DNA from: Candidatus Levybacteria bacterium RIFCSPLOWO2_12_FULL_41_12
Lineage (GTDB): Bacteria; Patescibacteriota; Microgenomatia; Levybacterales; UBA12049
DNA length: 63,885 nt
Reading direction: 5' to 3'
Assembly (NCBI GenBank): GCA_001784155.1
Contig: MFPL01000008.1
Location: forward strand, 1-63,885
Each line of letters opens with the position of its first letter. The first letter of the stretch is position 1. Under the pieces are notes generated by a model. It had not been told where the DNA came from, ran no database searches, and saw nothing but the letters and a program-made list of their open reading frames with translations. Positions 35,247-44,991 of this stretch are shown piece after piece. A program made the position numbers and the translations under genes.

Positions 35247-35981
35247 ATGACATCTCTGCCAATACTACTTCCGGATGGCTTCCAAATAAAAGTAAAGAGT
35301 GGAGAAAAAGTATCCGCAGGACAGGTACTGGCTGAAAGTGAAAAGAGCCTGGCAGTATCTGTAAGTCTGGGTCCTAATCTAGGCATAAAAAAAAATAAAG
35401 TGAAAAAATATCTCAAAAAGTACCCAGGGGATTCGGTATCGGCTGGAGAAGTAATTGCTGAGGTAAAAGGAGTTTTTGGTAAAAAGACAGTAACAAGTAA
35501 AATCTCAGGAATTGTATCGAAATTTGATGAAGAGGCAGGAGAGTTTTATATATTGGCAAGTTCTTCTCAGTCCCAAACAATCCACTCGCCGGTGGACGGA
35601 GTGGTAGAGGAAGTAGACGACCGGAAAATAACAGTAAAAACGGAAAGAGAATCAATTCTTGGGATCAATTCATCAGGGGATATAGCAGAAGGAGAAGTTA
35701 TATCTGCAGGGGAGAAGCTAGACTATCAGGAAATAAATAGCAAAATACGGGGAAAAATTCTTCTGGCAGGAGGAGTAGACAGGGATACCCTTGCCAAGGC
35801 AATAGGTATGGGCGCAATAGGAGTTATAGTTCGTGATGTTCCCGACTCAGTGCTTGAGACCTTTTCAGAGAGAAAAATTCCAACACCTGTTATAAAAATA
35901 AAAGGAGAGGATATTTCTAAATTTGAAAGCGGACAGAAAGTTATCCTCGATGCCTCAAAAAAGCTAATAGTTAAGCTATGA
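35247..35981 (+). CDS. orphan protein with repeated barrel-sandwich (lipoyl-like) sequence pattern
   Basis: 244 aa; repeated V..G..V..G..L/I segments; no catalytic motif recognised. Confidence 0.55.
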   Translation: MTSLPILLPDGFQIKVKSGEKVSAGQVLAESEKSLAVSVSLGPNLGIKKNKVKKYLKKYPGDSVSAGEVIAEVKGVFGKKTVTSKISGIVSKFDEEAGEFYILASSSQSQTIHSPVDGVVEEVDDRKITVKTERESILGINSSGDIAEGEVISAGEKLDYQEINSKIRGKILLAGGVDRDTLAKAIGMGAIGVIVRDVPDSVLETFSERKIPTPVIKIKGEDISKFESGQKVILDASKKLIVKL

Positions 35982-37246
35982 ACGGAGAAAAAAAACTAAT
36001 TAGATTTCAGACGGTTATTTTAGTGTTGATAGCTCTTCTTGTGGGCTATTACATAGGTGTTACCAGGATTAATTTAGCATGGAAGAATTATAAACCCGTA
36101 ATAATCGTTCAAAGCAAAGAGCCTCCCCCGGCTTTAACAAGCATTGACTTTGCCCCTTTCTGGATAGTCTGGCAAAAACTTGAGGCAGAATACTATGATA
36201 AGTCAAAACTCGATGCGCAAAAAATGCTTATCGGTGCGATAGGGGGAATGGTGGGAAGCATAGGAGATCCATTTACTTCCTATTTCCCGCCCCAGCAAAA
36301 TGAAGACTTTAAATCAGGGCTTGCCGGACAATTCCAGGGTATAGGCGCGGAGCTCGGAACAGAGGAAGACAGGATAATTGTTGTAGCTCCCCTGAAAGGA
36401 AGTCCTGCGCTTAATGCCGGAGTTAGACCCGGGGATACGATACTTGAAGTAGATGGGAAAAGTACTTTCAAGTGGAGCCTGTCTCAGGCTGTAGAAAAAA
36501 TAAGAGGGCCGAAGGGGACAGGAGTTGTTTTAACTGTTCTTCATAAAGACGCTAAGGAAACGACCAAAATTAAAATAGTACGCGACGTAATAACTGTGGA
36601 GAGCACAGAGTCCTGGGTTAAAAAAGTCGGGGATATAGACTCAGTCAAACTCCCAAGCGCAAAAGACAAGAAAATTGCCTATATAAGCCTGTCTCAATTC
36701 GGGGATAATACCAATAAGGAATGGCTTTCGGCGGTTAATAAAATAACTCTTGAAACAAACGGAGGAAAATCCGTAGAAGGCTTGATCCTTGATCTTCGAA
36801 ATAACCCGGGTGGATATCTTTCTGATGCGGCATTTATTTCGTCTGAATTCCTAAAGCAGGACTCGGTAGTAGTAATTGAAGAAGAGGGGAATGGAAAAAA
36901 GACAATTCTGCGTGCAGAAAGAAAAGGCCTTCTTCAGGAAATTCCCCTAATAGTTCTTATTAATAAAGGATCTGCGAGTGCATCTGAAATTGTGGCTGGT
37001 GCTTTAAGAGACCATGGAAGAGCCACTCTTCTTGGTGAGAATTCATTTGGAAAGGGTACTGTCCAGCAGGCAGAAGATCTAGGCGACGGGGCGGGTCTCC
37101 ATATAACTATAGCTAAATGGTTAACGCCTAATGAAGAGTGGATAAACGTCGTCGGGCTTAAGCCTGATATTGAAGTTAAACCCGATGAAAAAGACTTAAA
37201 GCACGATGCCGTGCTTGAAAAGGCGATAGAAGAGCTGTTAAAATAA
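35978..37246 (+). CDS. ctpA: carboxy-terminal processing (S41) peptidase
   Basis: N-terminal TM, PDZ (GSPALNAGVRPGD), LDLRNNPGG and GSASASEI motifs. Confidence 0.9.
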   Translation: MNGEKKLIRFQTVILVLIALLVGYYIGVTRINLAWKNYKPVIIVQSKEPPPALTSIDFAPFWIVWQKLEAEYYDKSKLDAQKMLIGAIGGMVGSIGDPFTSYFPPQQNEDFKSGLAGQFQGIGAELGTEEDRIIVVAPLKGSPALNAGVRPGDTILEVDGKSTFKWSLSQAVEKIRGPKGTGVVLTVLHKDAKETTKIKIVRDVITVESTESWVKKVGDIDSVKLPSAKDKKIAYISLSQFGDNTNKEWLSAVNKITLETNGGKSVEGLILDLRNNPGGYLSDAAFISSEFLKQDSVVVIEEEGNGKKTILRAERKGLLQEIPLIVLINKGSASASEIVAGALRDHGRATLLGENSFGKGTVQQAEDLGDGAGLHITIAKWLTPNEEWINVVGLKPDIEVKPDEKDLKHDAVLEKAIEELLK

Positions 37247-37272
37247 CCCCATACCCCAAAGCCTTAACATCA

Positions 37273-38244
37273 ATGTCTAAAATGCAAAGAAATATTCCCC
37301 TTAAAGATTTTAGTAACTACAAAATAGGCGGTCCAGCATCTTTTTTTCTAGAGGTAAAATCTGTAGAAGATTTAAAGCAAGGCTTATCGGAATTTTACGG
37401 CATGTTTCCAAATGGCGAGAGCAGGCCTGAAGTGTTCATTCTGGGTTCGGGAACAAATGTTTTAATAGACGATAAAGGATTTTCCGGACTTGTTTTGCGA
37501 AACTTAATATCGCATTTAAAGTTAATTGATGGGGTTAATGTAGAGGCGGGGTCGGGCACTTCTTTCAAAGATCTCGTTGATTTTTGTATTGAGAATTCTC
37601 TGTCCGGGCTTGAGTGGGCCGGCGGACTTCCAGGAACAGTGGGCGGTGCAACTCGCGGAAATGCCGGGGCATTTAAGGGGGAGACGAAAGATAGTATTAA
37701 ATCGGTAGAAAGCGTGGATCTTAAAACGCTTGAGAAAAAGACAAGAGCAGCAGGTGAGTGTAATTTCGGATACAGAACGAGCATATTCAAAAAAGGGGAA
37801 GGGGAGAGGGAGATGATAGTGAGTGCAGTATTTGAATTCAAGCGAGGAGACAGGGAAGAGATAAGAAGCGCGACTTACGAAAAAACCTCCTACAGGAACA
37901 AGAAGCATCCCCTTGACTATCCAAATATAGGAAGTACGTTTAAAAATATTCCTTACGACACTATTCCGGATCAGTTTAGGGAGGAATTTAAAGCCTATAT
38001 AAAAGACGACCCTTTTCCCATAGTTCCCGTTGCAAAACTTTTGGCTCTGTCTGGCCTTAAGGGAAGAGAAGCGGGCGGAGCGCAGATTTCAGAAAAGCAT
38101 CCTAATTTTATAGTAAATAAAGGGAGTGCTTCGTCAAATGACGTTAGGTCTTTAATACAGACGGCAAAAGATGTAATAAAGAAAAATTACCTTATTGATC
38201 TTGAAGAAGAAATTTATTACCTCCCGCCTGCCATGCAAGTTTGA
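37273..38244 (+). CDS. murB: UDP-N-acetylenolpyruvoylglucosamine reductase
   Basis: FAD-binding N-terminus (KIGGPA, GSGTNVL), GLEWAGGLPGTVGGA, GSTFKN. Confidence 0.92.
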   Translation: MSKMQRNIPLKDFSNYKIGGPASFFLEVKSVEDLKQGLSEFYGMFPNGESRPEVFILGSGTNVLIDDKGFSGLVLRNLISHLKLIDGVNVEAGSGTSFKDLVDFCIENSLSGLEWAGGLPGTVGGATRGNAGAFKGETKDSIKSVESVDLKTLEKKTRAAGECNFGYRTSIFKKGEGEREMIVSAVFEFKRGDREEIRSATYEKTSYRNKKHPLDYPNIGSTFKNIPYDTIPDQFREEFKAYIKDDPFPIVPVAKLLALSGLKGREAGGAQISEKHPNFIVNKGSASSNDVRSLIQTAKDVIKKNYLIDLEEEIYYLPPAMQV

Positions 38245-38272
38245 AACTTTTGCAGAAAATCTTGTGTAAGGC

Positions 38273-38323
38273 CATTGCGGGCAGGCCCGCCTGCATCGCT
38301 TGCGTGAAGCATTGCGGGCAGGG
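38273..38323 (+). repeat. direct repeat CATTGCGGGCAGG x2 with GC-rich spacer
   Basis: 13-mers at 38273-38285 and 38310-38322. Confidence 0.8.
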
Positions 38324-38335
38324 TAATATATAATT

Positions 38336-40015
38336 GTGGGTAATATTTATACGGAGCTTACTCTAATCATTGTTTTGGCAGCGGCTCTTTCCATTTTTTT
38401 CAGATTCCTCAGACAGCCCCCAGTTCTTGCCTATATATTAGCAGGAGTAATACTCGGTCCCTTAGGGGTAATTCATCTCCAAGGGAAGGAAGTAATAACG
38501 TCTCTTGCTGAGATAGGAATAACGCTTCTTCTTTTCATGCTGGGGCTTGAACTCAGATTTTCAGAACTCCGCTCTGTGGGAAAAATTTCTATTATCACAG
38601 GAGTTGCGCAAATCCTTTTCACGTCGGTAGTAGGATATGCTCTATCCGTTTTCTTAGGTTTTTCTTCGATAGCCGCATTGTACATAAGCATTGCTTTAAC
38701 ATTCTCAAGCACTATTATAATTGTTAAACTTTTATCGGATAAAAAGGACCTAAGCAGCCTGTATGGAAAAATATCCGTAGGATTCTTACTGGTTCAGGAT
38801 TTTGTTGCCATAATTGCTTTAATTCTTCTCTCAGGATTTACAGGCGGAGGATCGCTATCACTATTTGAGTTTTTTACAATAGTTCTTAAAGCAGTTGTGC
38901 TTTTCGGATGGGTGATACTTTTAAGCTGGCATTTCCTCCCTTATTTTATAAACAAAATTTCACATTCTCCAGAAACACTTTTTCTTTTTAGTATTGCCTG
39001 GGCTTTTGGACTTTCAGCCTTGGTGACTTCTCCCTTGATTGGGTTTTCTATTGAGATAGGAGGTTTCTTAGCAGGACTTGCCCTAGCTAACTCTGTCGAA
39101 AGTTATCAGATAATCTCAAGAGTTCGGCCTCTTAGAGATTTTTTCATCACAATATTTTTTGTAACATTGGGGACAAGGCTTCTTATTTCAGATTTCTCAG
39201 AAATTTTAATCCCGGGAATTATTTTGTCGGCATTTGTTCTAATAGGTAACCCTATTATAGTTATGGTAATTATGGGACTTCTAGGTTATAGAAAAAGAAC
39301 AGGTTTTATGGCGGGGCTTACTGTAGCTCAAATCTCGGAATTTTCACTCATTCTAATGTTCATGGGAAATAGGATAGGGCATGTATCCGATCAAGCTGTA
39401 TCGCTTGTGACTTTTGTGGGAGCAGTGACTTTTGTTATCTCAACGTACATGATCTTAAACAATAACTATTTATATAAAATTCTATCTCCTTTTCTTGATA
39501 TTTTTGAAAGAAGTAACATAAGGGAAAAAAGAATTACAGGCGAGAAAATTCGCGACCATGTAGTTTTGATAGGCGTTAGAAGGATGGGAGAAAGCATTTT
39601 GGAAGCTTTAAAAAAGGACGAAAAAACAAAAATAGTTGCCGTAGACTTTAACCCCGATATAGTAGAGACTCTAAAAGAAGATGGAGTCATTTCGTTCTAC
39701 GGGGACATCGCAGATGAGGAGATTCAAAAGCTTGCTCAAATTGATAAGGCAAAGCTTATTATTTCAACGATCTCGGACTTGGAGGATAATCTACTTCTTT
39801 TAAAAAGTATTAAGAATCTTAAGAAAAAACCAAAAGTGGTTCTATTGGCTTTAGAAAAACATGAGGCAAGAGAGCTTTATAAAGAAGGAGCAGACTACGT
39901 GGTTATTCCGCATATTGCCGGAGGCCACCATCTGGCAAAAATTTTAGTCGATGAGAACCACATGGAGTTAATTGAAAAATATAGACAGAAGGACATGAAA
40001 GATACCTTTTCCTAA
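38336..40015 (+). CDS. cation:proton antiporter (CPA2/Kef-type) with C-terminal RCK/TrkA-N domain
   Basis: multi-TM N-terminus and Rossmann-like VVLIGVRRMGESI; GTG 6 nt after TAATAT. Confidence 0.85.
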   Translation: MGNIYTELTLIIVLAAALSIFFRFLRQPPVLAYILAGVILGPLGVIHLQGKEVITSLAEIGITLLLFMLGLELRFSELRSVGKISIITGVAQILFTSVVGYALSVFLGFSSIAALYISIALTFSSTIIIVKLLSDKKDLSSLYGKISVGFLLVQDFVAIIALILLSGFTGGGSLSLFEFFTIVLKAVVLFGWVILLSWHFLPYFINKISHSPETLFLFSIAWAFGLSALVTSPLIGFSIEIGGFLAGLALANSVESYQIISRVRPLRDFFITIFFVTLGTRLLISDFSEILIPGIILSAFVLIGNPIIVMVIMGLLGYRKRTGFMAGLTVAQISEFSLILMFMGNRIGHVSDQAVSLVTFVGAVTFVISTYMILNNNYLYKILSPFLDIFERSNIREKRITGEKIRDHVVLIGVRRMGESILEALKKDEKTKIVAVDFNPDIVETLKEDGVISFYGDIADEEIQKLAQIDKAKLIISTISDLEDNLLLLKSIKNLKKKPKVVLLALEKHEARELYKEGADYVVIPHIAGGHHLAKILVDENHMELIEKYRQKDMKDTFS

Positions 40016-40017
40016 AT

Positions 40018-40596
40018 ATGCTTACCAAACACCTTCATTTTAGATACAAAAACCTGGCGGTTCTTTTTATAAGTATAATATTGGCAATAGTTCTTTCTAG
40101 ATTTCAGCCTCTCCACGAGTTTCTCTCGCACCTTGGAAGTTTTGGTTTATTGGGCGCGTTTTTAGGAGGAATGCTTTTTGTTTGGATATTTACTATGCCA
40201 ACAGGACTTTTAATTCTTCTTACTTTAAATGAGACCATGCCTTCATTTGAGCTTTCGCTAATAGCAGCAATCGGAGCGTTAGTCGGAGACTTGACGATAT
40301 TTAAGTTTGTAAAAGACGATCTATTAAAGGAAGTTGAAGAAATCTATAACCATTTTGGAGGAAATCATCTGACTCATATTCTGCACAGTAAGTATTTTCA
40401 TTGGACACTTCCGGTTGTTGGAGCGTTAGTTATCGCGTCTCCATTGCCTGACGAAGTAGGGGTGAGTCTTATGGGAATTTCAAAGATGAAAACCTATAAA
40501 TTTATGACAATTTCTTTTATATTAAATTTTGCGGGAATTTACCTTGTATTACTGGCTGAGGATGCTATCTGCGGTTTCTGCCATAACATTTTCTAA
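40018..40596 (+). CDS. polytopic membrane orphan protein
   Basis: 192 aa, 4-5 hydrophobic helices; 48-nt convergent overlap with prfA. Confidence 0.55.
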   Translation: MLTKHLHFRYKNLAVLFISIILAIVLSRFQPLHEFLSHLGSFGLLGAFLGGMLFVWIFTMPTGLLILLTLNETMPSFELSLIAAIGALVGDLTIFKFVKDDLLKEVEEIYNHFGGNHLTHILHSKYFHWTLPVVGALVIASPLPDEVGVSLMGISKMKTYKFMTISFILNFAGIYLVLLAEDAICGFCHNIF

Positions 40597-41439
40597 TCCT
40601 TCTCCTTCCATAATCTCTTCCAGATTATGCCAGGATTTATTAATTCTGTGATCAGTTAATCTATCCTGGGGGAAATTATAGGTCCTTATCTTTTCTGACC
40701 GCATGCCCCGCCCCACCTGAGTAGCTTTGAGCGAAGATATTTCTCCATGTTTTCGCTCAACTTCTGCCTCCCAAAGCTTTGCGCGAAGCAGGTTCATCGC
40801 AATTTCCCGATTCTGTGATTGAGACCGCTCGGATTGAGAGGTTACTACGATTCCTGAGGGTTTATGTACTATTCTTACGGCTGTAGACACCTTGTTAACG
40901 TTTTGCCCTCCGTGTCCACCTGAGCGGAAAGCTGCAAATTCAACGTCGTCCGGGCTAACATGAAGGTCTACATCTTCAAGTTCGGGAAGTATGGAGATTG
41001 TAGCCGTAGACGTATGCACTCTTCCTCTTTTTTCAGTGGCGGGAATTCGCTGTACTCTGTGTACGCCTGCTTCGTATTTAAATGTTTTAAAAGGGGAGGG
41101 GCCTGAAATTCTGTAAACTGTTTCGTCAATTCTTTCTACCTTTAGTTTGCTTTTTTCAATAAACCTTAAATACATTCGTGTTAGATCTTCGGCCCAGATT
41201 TTTGCTTCATCTCCTCCAGCTGCTCCCTGTACTTCAAAAATTATGTCTCTGTCATCCAGCGACTCTTCCAAATCTTCGCCTGGCTTAGAGAAATTACCAA
41301 GTATCTGACCCTTTTGAAGCTCTAGGTTTTGGATTTCATACTTCGCCAAGTCTGCCATAGAGGGGTCAGAAAGGAGAGTTTTGGCTTCTTCAATTTTTTT
41401 GTCGAGGTCTTGAATTAAAGACTGTCTGTAGTCATCCAT
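40549..41439 (-). CDS. prfA: peptide chain release factor 1 (short N-terminal domain)
   Basis: PAT tripeptide (RIPATEKRGRVHTS) and GGQ (SGGHGGQNVNKV); 296 aa. Confidence 0.9.
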   Translation of the reverse strand: MDDYRQSLIQDLDKKIEEAKTLLSDPSMADLAKYEIQNLELQKGQILGNFSKPGEDLEESLDDRDIIFEVQGAAGGDEAKIWAEDLTRMYLRFIEKSKLKVERIDETVYRISGPSPFKTFKYEAGVHRVQRIPATEKRGRVHTSTATISILPELEDVDLHVSPDDVEFAAFRSGGHGGQNVNKVSTAVRIVHKPSGIVVTSQSERSQSQNREIAMNLLRAKLWEAEVERKHGEISSLKATQVGRGMRSEKIRTYNFPQDRLTDHRINKSWHNLEEIMEGEGLENVMAETADSILSQ

Positions 41440-41454
41440 AGAGGATTTTTCTAT

Positions 41455-41754
41455 CTACTTAATGCTTGATAGCATCTCCCGAAGAGTCTTGGGGCCATTG
41501 TCTCTTTGTGCTTGGTCAGCCTGCTTTTTAGCCTTTCTAACGACATAAGTTTTGGCTTTTACCTGTTTGTCCTGAAATTTTTGAATTCGTGACGCCGTAT
41601 CGACGAATCTTTGCTCGCCTGTGTAGAAAGGATGACAGTTGGAGCAGAGCTCCACGTGAATTACTTCCCGGGTCGAACCGGTTGTAAATTTATTCCCGCA
41701 GACGCAAATTACTTGTGCTTCAGAGAAATATTGTGGGTGAATCGCCTGTTTCAT
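41455..41754 (-). CDS. rpmE: 50S ribosomal protein L31
   Basis: MKQAIHPQY..., CxxC ... [10 protein letters not shown]. Confidence 0.92.
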   Translation of the reverse strand: MKQAIHPQYFSEAQVICVCGNKFTTGSTREVIHVELCSNCHPFYTGEQRFVDTASRIQKFQDKQVKAKTYVVRKAKKQADQAQRDNGPKTLREMLSSIK

Positions 41755-41795
41755 AGTTAAATTATATCCTAAATTGAACCTAAAAACAAGAATGA

Positions 41796-41823
41796 TTGCA
41801 ATTTACCTATAAAATGCTATTAT
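41796..41823 (+). promoter_or_regulatory. promoter TTGCAA-N16-TATTAT
   Basis: the TTG used as ORF start in the track is the -35 box; ATG 41832 lies 8 nt after the -10. Confidence 0.6.
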
Positions 41824-41831
41824 CCGTACGT

Positions 41832-42734
41832 ATGCCTAAATCATCGTCTCCTGCCATAAAATATCTTATATTGGACAGCAATCAACTTATAAAGTTCTTT
41901 GAAAATTGGTTTTTAATAAGCAAGAATGAGGGGGAATTTAAAGATGCCGGAGAAAATCTTGAAACCCTTGAGGCTTTTGCTACTCTGATTAAAAAAGGAA
42001 AAGTACAGTTAATCTTGTCGGAAGCAGTAGTTCATGAATACAGAAGGATTAAGAAAGAAAAGCTAGAAGAGTTGGGTAAGACTTATGATTTTTACATTTC
42101 TAAGATTAAAGGAGACTCTCCTGCGACAACAGGGGCAAAACTCAAATTGCCAAATAGTGTAGTAAGAGAAATAGTCGGTAAATTATCTGAAAAACTAGCA
42201 GATGCGCAAGGGGAAATACAAAAGTCTGGGGACATAATTGAATCAATTCTCAATAATAAAGAAACCACTCCTATTATTAATTTGGATTCTGATATTTTAA
42301 TCAGGGCATATCGTCGTGGACTCAAATCCCTAAAGCCATTTGACATGCATGTTAATCCCAAAAAGGATGACAAAGGTAGATATATACCGATTTACGATAT
42401 TCAGCCTGACTGTATTATAATCGAGAGTGCAATCGTTTTCCTTCAAAGTAAAAAGGGATACGAGCTGTTTATCTGTACCGATGATTCTGATTATTTTACG
42501 AATTATGAAAAGAACGAAATTCACTCTGATATAAAAAAAGATCTAAATATCAACTCTTCATATACTTCAATCTCAGCATTTTTGAACGAGGTATTTGGTC
42601 ATTCTTTCAAAATACCCGAATCTAAAGAGTTAGAGAGCATACCGGCTGCATCTGAACCTCCGCCCGAGGATGAAGGCGCCGCCGATACAGGTGTGGTTAG
42701 CAGTGATCAGTCTAAGAGAAGGGGAGAGTCTTAA
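41832..42734 (+). CDS. PIN-like domain protein (putative nuclease), acidic disordered tail
   Basis: YLILDSNQ (first acidic residue), SEAVVHE, and ICTDDSDYF near the domain end follow the PIN-like/DUF4935 arrangement; assignment by pattern only. Confidence 0.5.
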   Translation: MPKSSSPAIKYLILDSNQLIKFFENWFLISKNEGEFKDAGENLETLEAFATLIKKGKVQLILSEAVVHEYRRIKKEKLEELGKTYDFYISKIKGDSPATTGAKLKLPNSVVREIVGKLSEKLADAQGEIQKSGDIIESILNNKETTPIINLDSDILIRAYRRGLKSLKPFDMHVNPKKDDKGRYIPIYDIQPDCIIIESAIVFLQSKKGYELFICTDDSDYFTNYEKNEIHSDIKKDLNINSSYTSISAFLNEVFGHSFKIPESKELESIPAASEPPPEDEGAADTGVVSSDQSKRRGES

Positions 42735-42735
42735 C

Positions 42736-43008
42736 ATGAATACTTTTCTTATAACATACGAGCTATCCCTTCTAGGGAATTTCTCTGAAGCCAGTATTGA
42801 AAACAAAATTATGTCTTTTGGATATTGGGCTAGGCCTTTAAAAAACACTTGGTTAATAAAAACATCGTATGCTAAGGAGTACGTAATGGATAACATGCGA
42901 CCTCATTTTAGTACTTCAGACAAATTGCTAATAATGAAAGTCAGCGATGAATGGATTTCCCTGAATCTACAGGACGAAGTTATAAACTGGATGAAAAGTG
43001 GTCTTTGA
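42736..43008 (+). CDS. 90-aa partner protein, unknown function
   Basis: ATG 1 nt after the PIN-like stop; no motif recognised. Confidence 0.55.
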   Translation: MNTFLITYELSLLGNFSEASIENKIMSFGYWARPLKNTWLIKTSYAKEYVMDNMRPHFSTSDKLLIMKVSDEWISLNLQDEVINWMKSGL

Positions 43009-43060
43009 CATAGTCAAGACTATCCAGTCAAGCAAAACGCAAGAATGATATAATTCTCCC

Positions 43061-43801
43061 ATGGATTTTAAAAATAAGGTTGTTTTAGTAACGGGGGCTT
43101 CAAGTGGGATCGGTAGGGCAACAGCTATAGCCTTTGCAAAAGAAGGCGCTAAGGTAATTATTAACTTTAGATCTGATTCAAACGGTGCAAAAGAAGCTCT
43201 AGAAAAGTGCAATAAGCATTCGAAAGACAATATAGTTCTGCAAGCAGATGTGTCAGATGTAAACGATGTTTCTGAAATGTTGGATAAAATAAAGAAGCAA
43301 TTTGGATCCCTCGATATACTGGTTAATAATGCTGGCATTTTTGATGAAAGCGATAGCCCGACCAACATCGAAGCATTTGACAATATTTATAAGAATAACT
43401 TTTTAAGTAGCGTGATTGTGACTAAATATGTCTTGGAGATAATGAAAGAAGGGCGAATAGTTAATGTATCCTCAATTCATGGAAGACTCGGTCATGGTAG
43501 GCCAACTGCTATAGCATATTCTGCCTTCAAAGCTGCTTTTGAAAACTACACAAAGAATCTTGCAAAGGAAGTCGCCCCAAAAATATTAGTTAATGCTATT
43601 GCTCCTGGGCGAGTTAATACGCCTCAATGGGGTAGTCCTGATAAAAAAGAGCAGGAGGAACTAGGTCGAGCCCATTTAATTAAGAGAATGATTCAGCCAG
43701 AGGAAATTGCAGATAGTATAGTTTTTCTCGCAAAAAGTGATGTCATATGCGGTGAAGTTTTAACAGTTGATGGCGGGATGAGTTTGGTGACCTTAGGTTA
43801 A
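43061..43801 (+). CDS. SDR family oxidoreductase (FabG-like)
   Basis: TGASSGIGRA, NNAG, catalytic YSAFKAA. Confidence 0.9.
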   Translation: MDFKNKVVLVTGASSGIGRATAIAFAKEGAKVIINFRSDSNGAKEALEKCNKHSKDNIVLQADVSDVNDVSEMLDKIKKQFGSLDILVNNAGIFDESDSPTNIEAFDNIYKNNFLSSVIVTKYVLEIMKEGRIVNVSSIHGRLGHGRPTAIAYSAFKAAFENYTKNLAKEVAPKILVNAIAPGRVNTPQWGSPDKKEQEELGRAHLIKRMIQPEEIADSIVFLAKSDVICGEVLTVDGGMSLVTLG

Positions 43802-43802
43802 C

Positions 43803-44261
43803 ATGAATATGAACTTAAGAAAGTTAATTAAAGAATACCTTCAAGAAGCCAAATTGATGCAGCTTGCAACATCAGTTAATGACCAGCCTTGGGTTTGTAG
43901 CGTTTGGTTCGCAGCAGATGATGAAATGAATATTTATTGGTTCTCTTCGATAACAAGAAAGCATTCGGAGGACATCATTAAAAATCCAAATGTTGCCGCT
44001 GCAATTATCATTCCTCAAACTCCCAAAGATACACCAAGGGGATTGCAACTAAAAGGAACGGCGCAAGTTTTGACTGATCAAAAAAACATTGATCACGCAA
44101 CTTCGGTATATAAAGATAGAATTTTCCCCATCGAAACTATTGAAAAGTTAATGAAAGATCCTGAAACTCCCCATAAGTTCTACAAAATAATTCCAAGTCA
44201 GTTTGTTCTCTTTGATGGAGTGAATTTTCCAAATAAATGGAGACAAGAACTAAATTTATGA
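43803..44261 (+). CDS. pyridoxamine 5'-phosphate oxidase-like FMN-binding protein
   Basis: split-barrel pattern MQLATS...PWVCSVWF...RGLQLKG. Confidence 0.7.
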   Translation: MNMNLRKLIKEYLQEAKLMQLATSVNDQPWVCSVWFAADDEMNIYWFSSITRKHSEDIIKNPNVAAAIIIPQTPKDTPRGLQLKGTAQVLTDQKNIDHATSVYKDRIFPIETIEKLMKDPETPHKFYKIIPSQFVLFDGVNFPNKWRQELNL

Positions 44262-44566
44262 AGATGGCGATTTTTTACTTGACGTGTAAGGACGATTGGG
44301 AAGCAGATAGAATCTCAAAAGTCCTTATTGATAAAAAGTTAGTTATTTGTGCCAAGCAAGTTCCGGTCAACTCCAGCTACTTGTGGAAAGGGAAGAGGGA
44401 AAGTGCCAATGAGGTTTTGGTAATGTTTGAATCTGTGGAAGAAAACTTTGAAAAAGTAAATAAAGAAATTAAAAAGCTCCACAGCTACGAAACTTATGTT
44501 TTATACTCCACGTCCGTTAAGCAAACCACAAAAGAAGTTGAAAAATGGCTCGAGGACGAGTTATGA
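44258..44566 (+). CDS. cutA: divalent-cation tolerance protein CutA
   Basis: KLVICAKQVPVNSSYLWKG...HSYETYVL...KWL pattern. Confidence 0.78.
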   Translation: MKMAIFYLTCKDDWEADRISKVLIDKKLVICAKQVPVNSSYLWKGKRESANEVLVMFESVEENFEKVNKEIKKLHSYETYVLYSTSVKQTTKEVEKWLEDEL

Positions 44567-44967
44567 AATTACCTAGTCACGTAAAACCCATTCCTGGCTT
44601 CTTAAATTGGCTTTATCCCAAAGGGTTTACTCCATTTTTGTTAAATAAAATCTATCTTAATAACAGGATTCTCAGGGATTTAGAAACAGAAAATCCTAAA
44701 CCGCATAGTGTTTCAATTCTCATTCACGAACAAGAACACTTGAAGCGTAGAGGTTTAACTCATTCTTTAAAGTATGCATTGCTTCCCAAGCATAGGCTTA
44801 AGGAAGAGCTAAGAGCTTACAAAAAACAATTTGTATATCTGAAGAGCAAGGGAGAAGAATACGACATTGAAAATGTTGCCAGGAAACTGTCGGGACCCTT
44901 TTATTTGTTTGCAGCAGATTATAAAAGAGCAAAGAAACTTCTGGAAGATCTCTGGCAACAGGCGTAG
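44563..44967 (+). CDS. orphan protein with HExxH motif
   Basis: ILIHEQEHLKRRG; ATGA overlap with cutA. Confidence 0.5.
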   Translation: MKLPSHVKPIPGFLNWLYPKGFTPFLLNKIYLNNRILRDLETENPKPHSVSILIHEQEHLKRRGLTHSLKYALLPKHRLKEELRAYKKQFVYLKSKGEEYDIENVARKLSGPFYLFAADYKRAKKLLEDLWQQA

Positions 44968-44991
44968 ATTTCTGCTATAATTCCAACTCTT

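Noticed and set aside
41796-41831. TTG start of the 312-aa ORF
   Set aside because: The TTG is the -35 hexamer TTGCAA of a TTGCAA-N16-TATTAT promoter. ATG 41832 fits the short-leader pattern.
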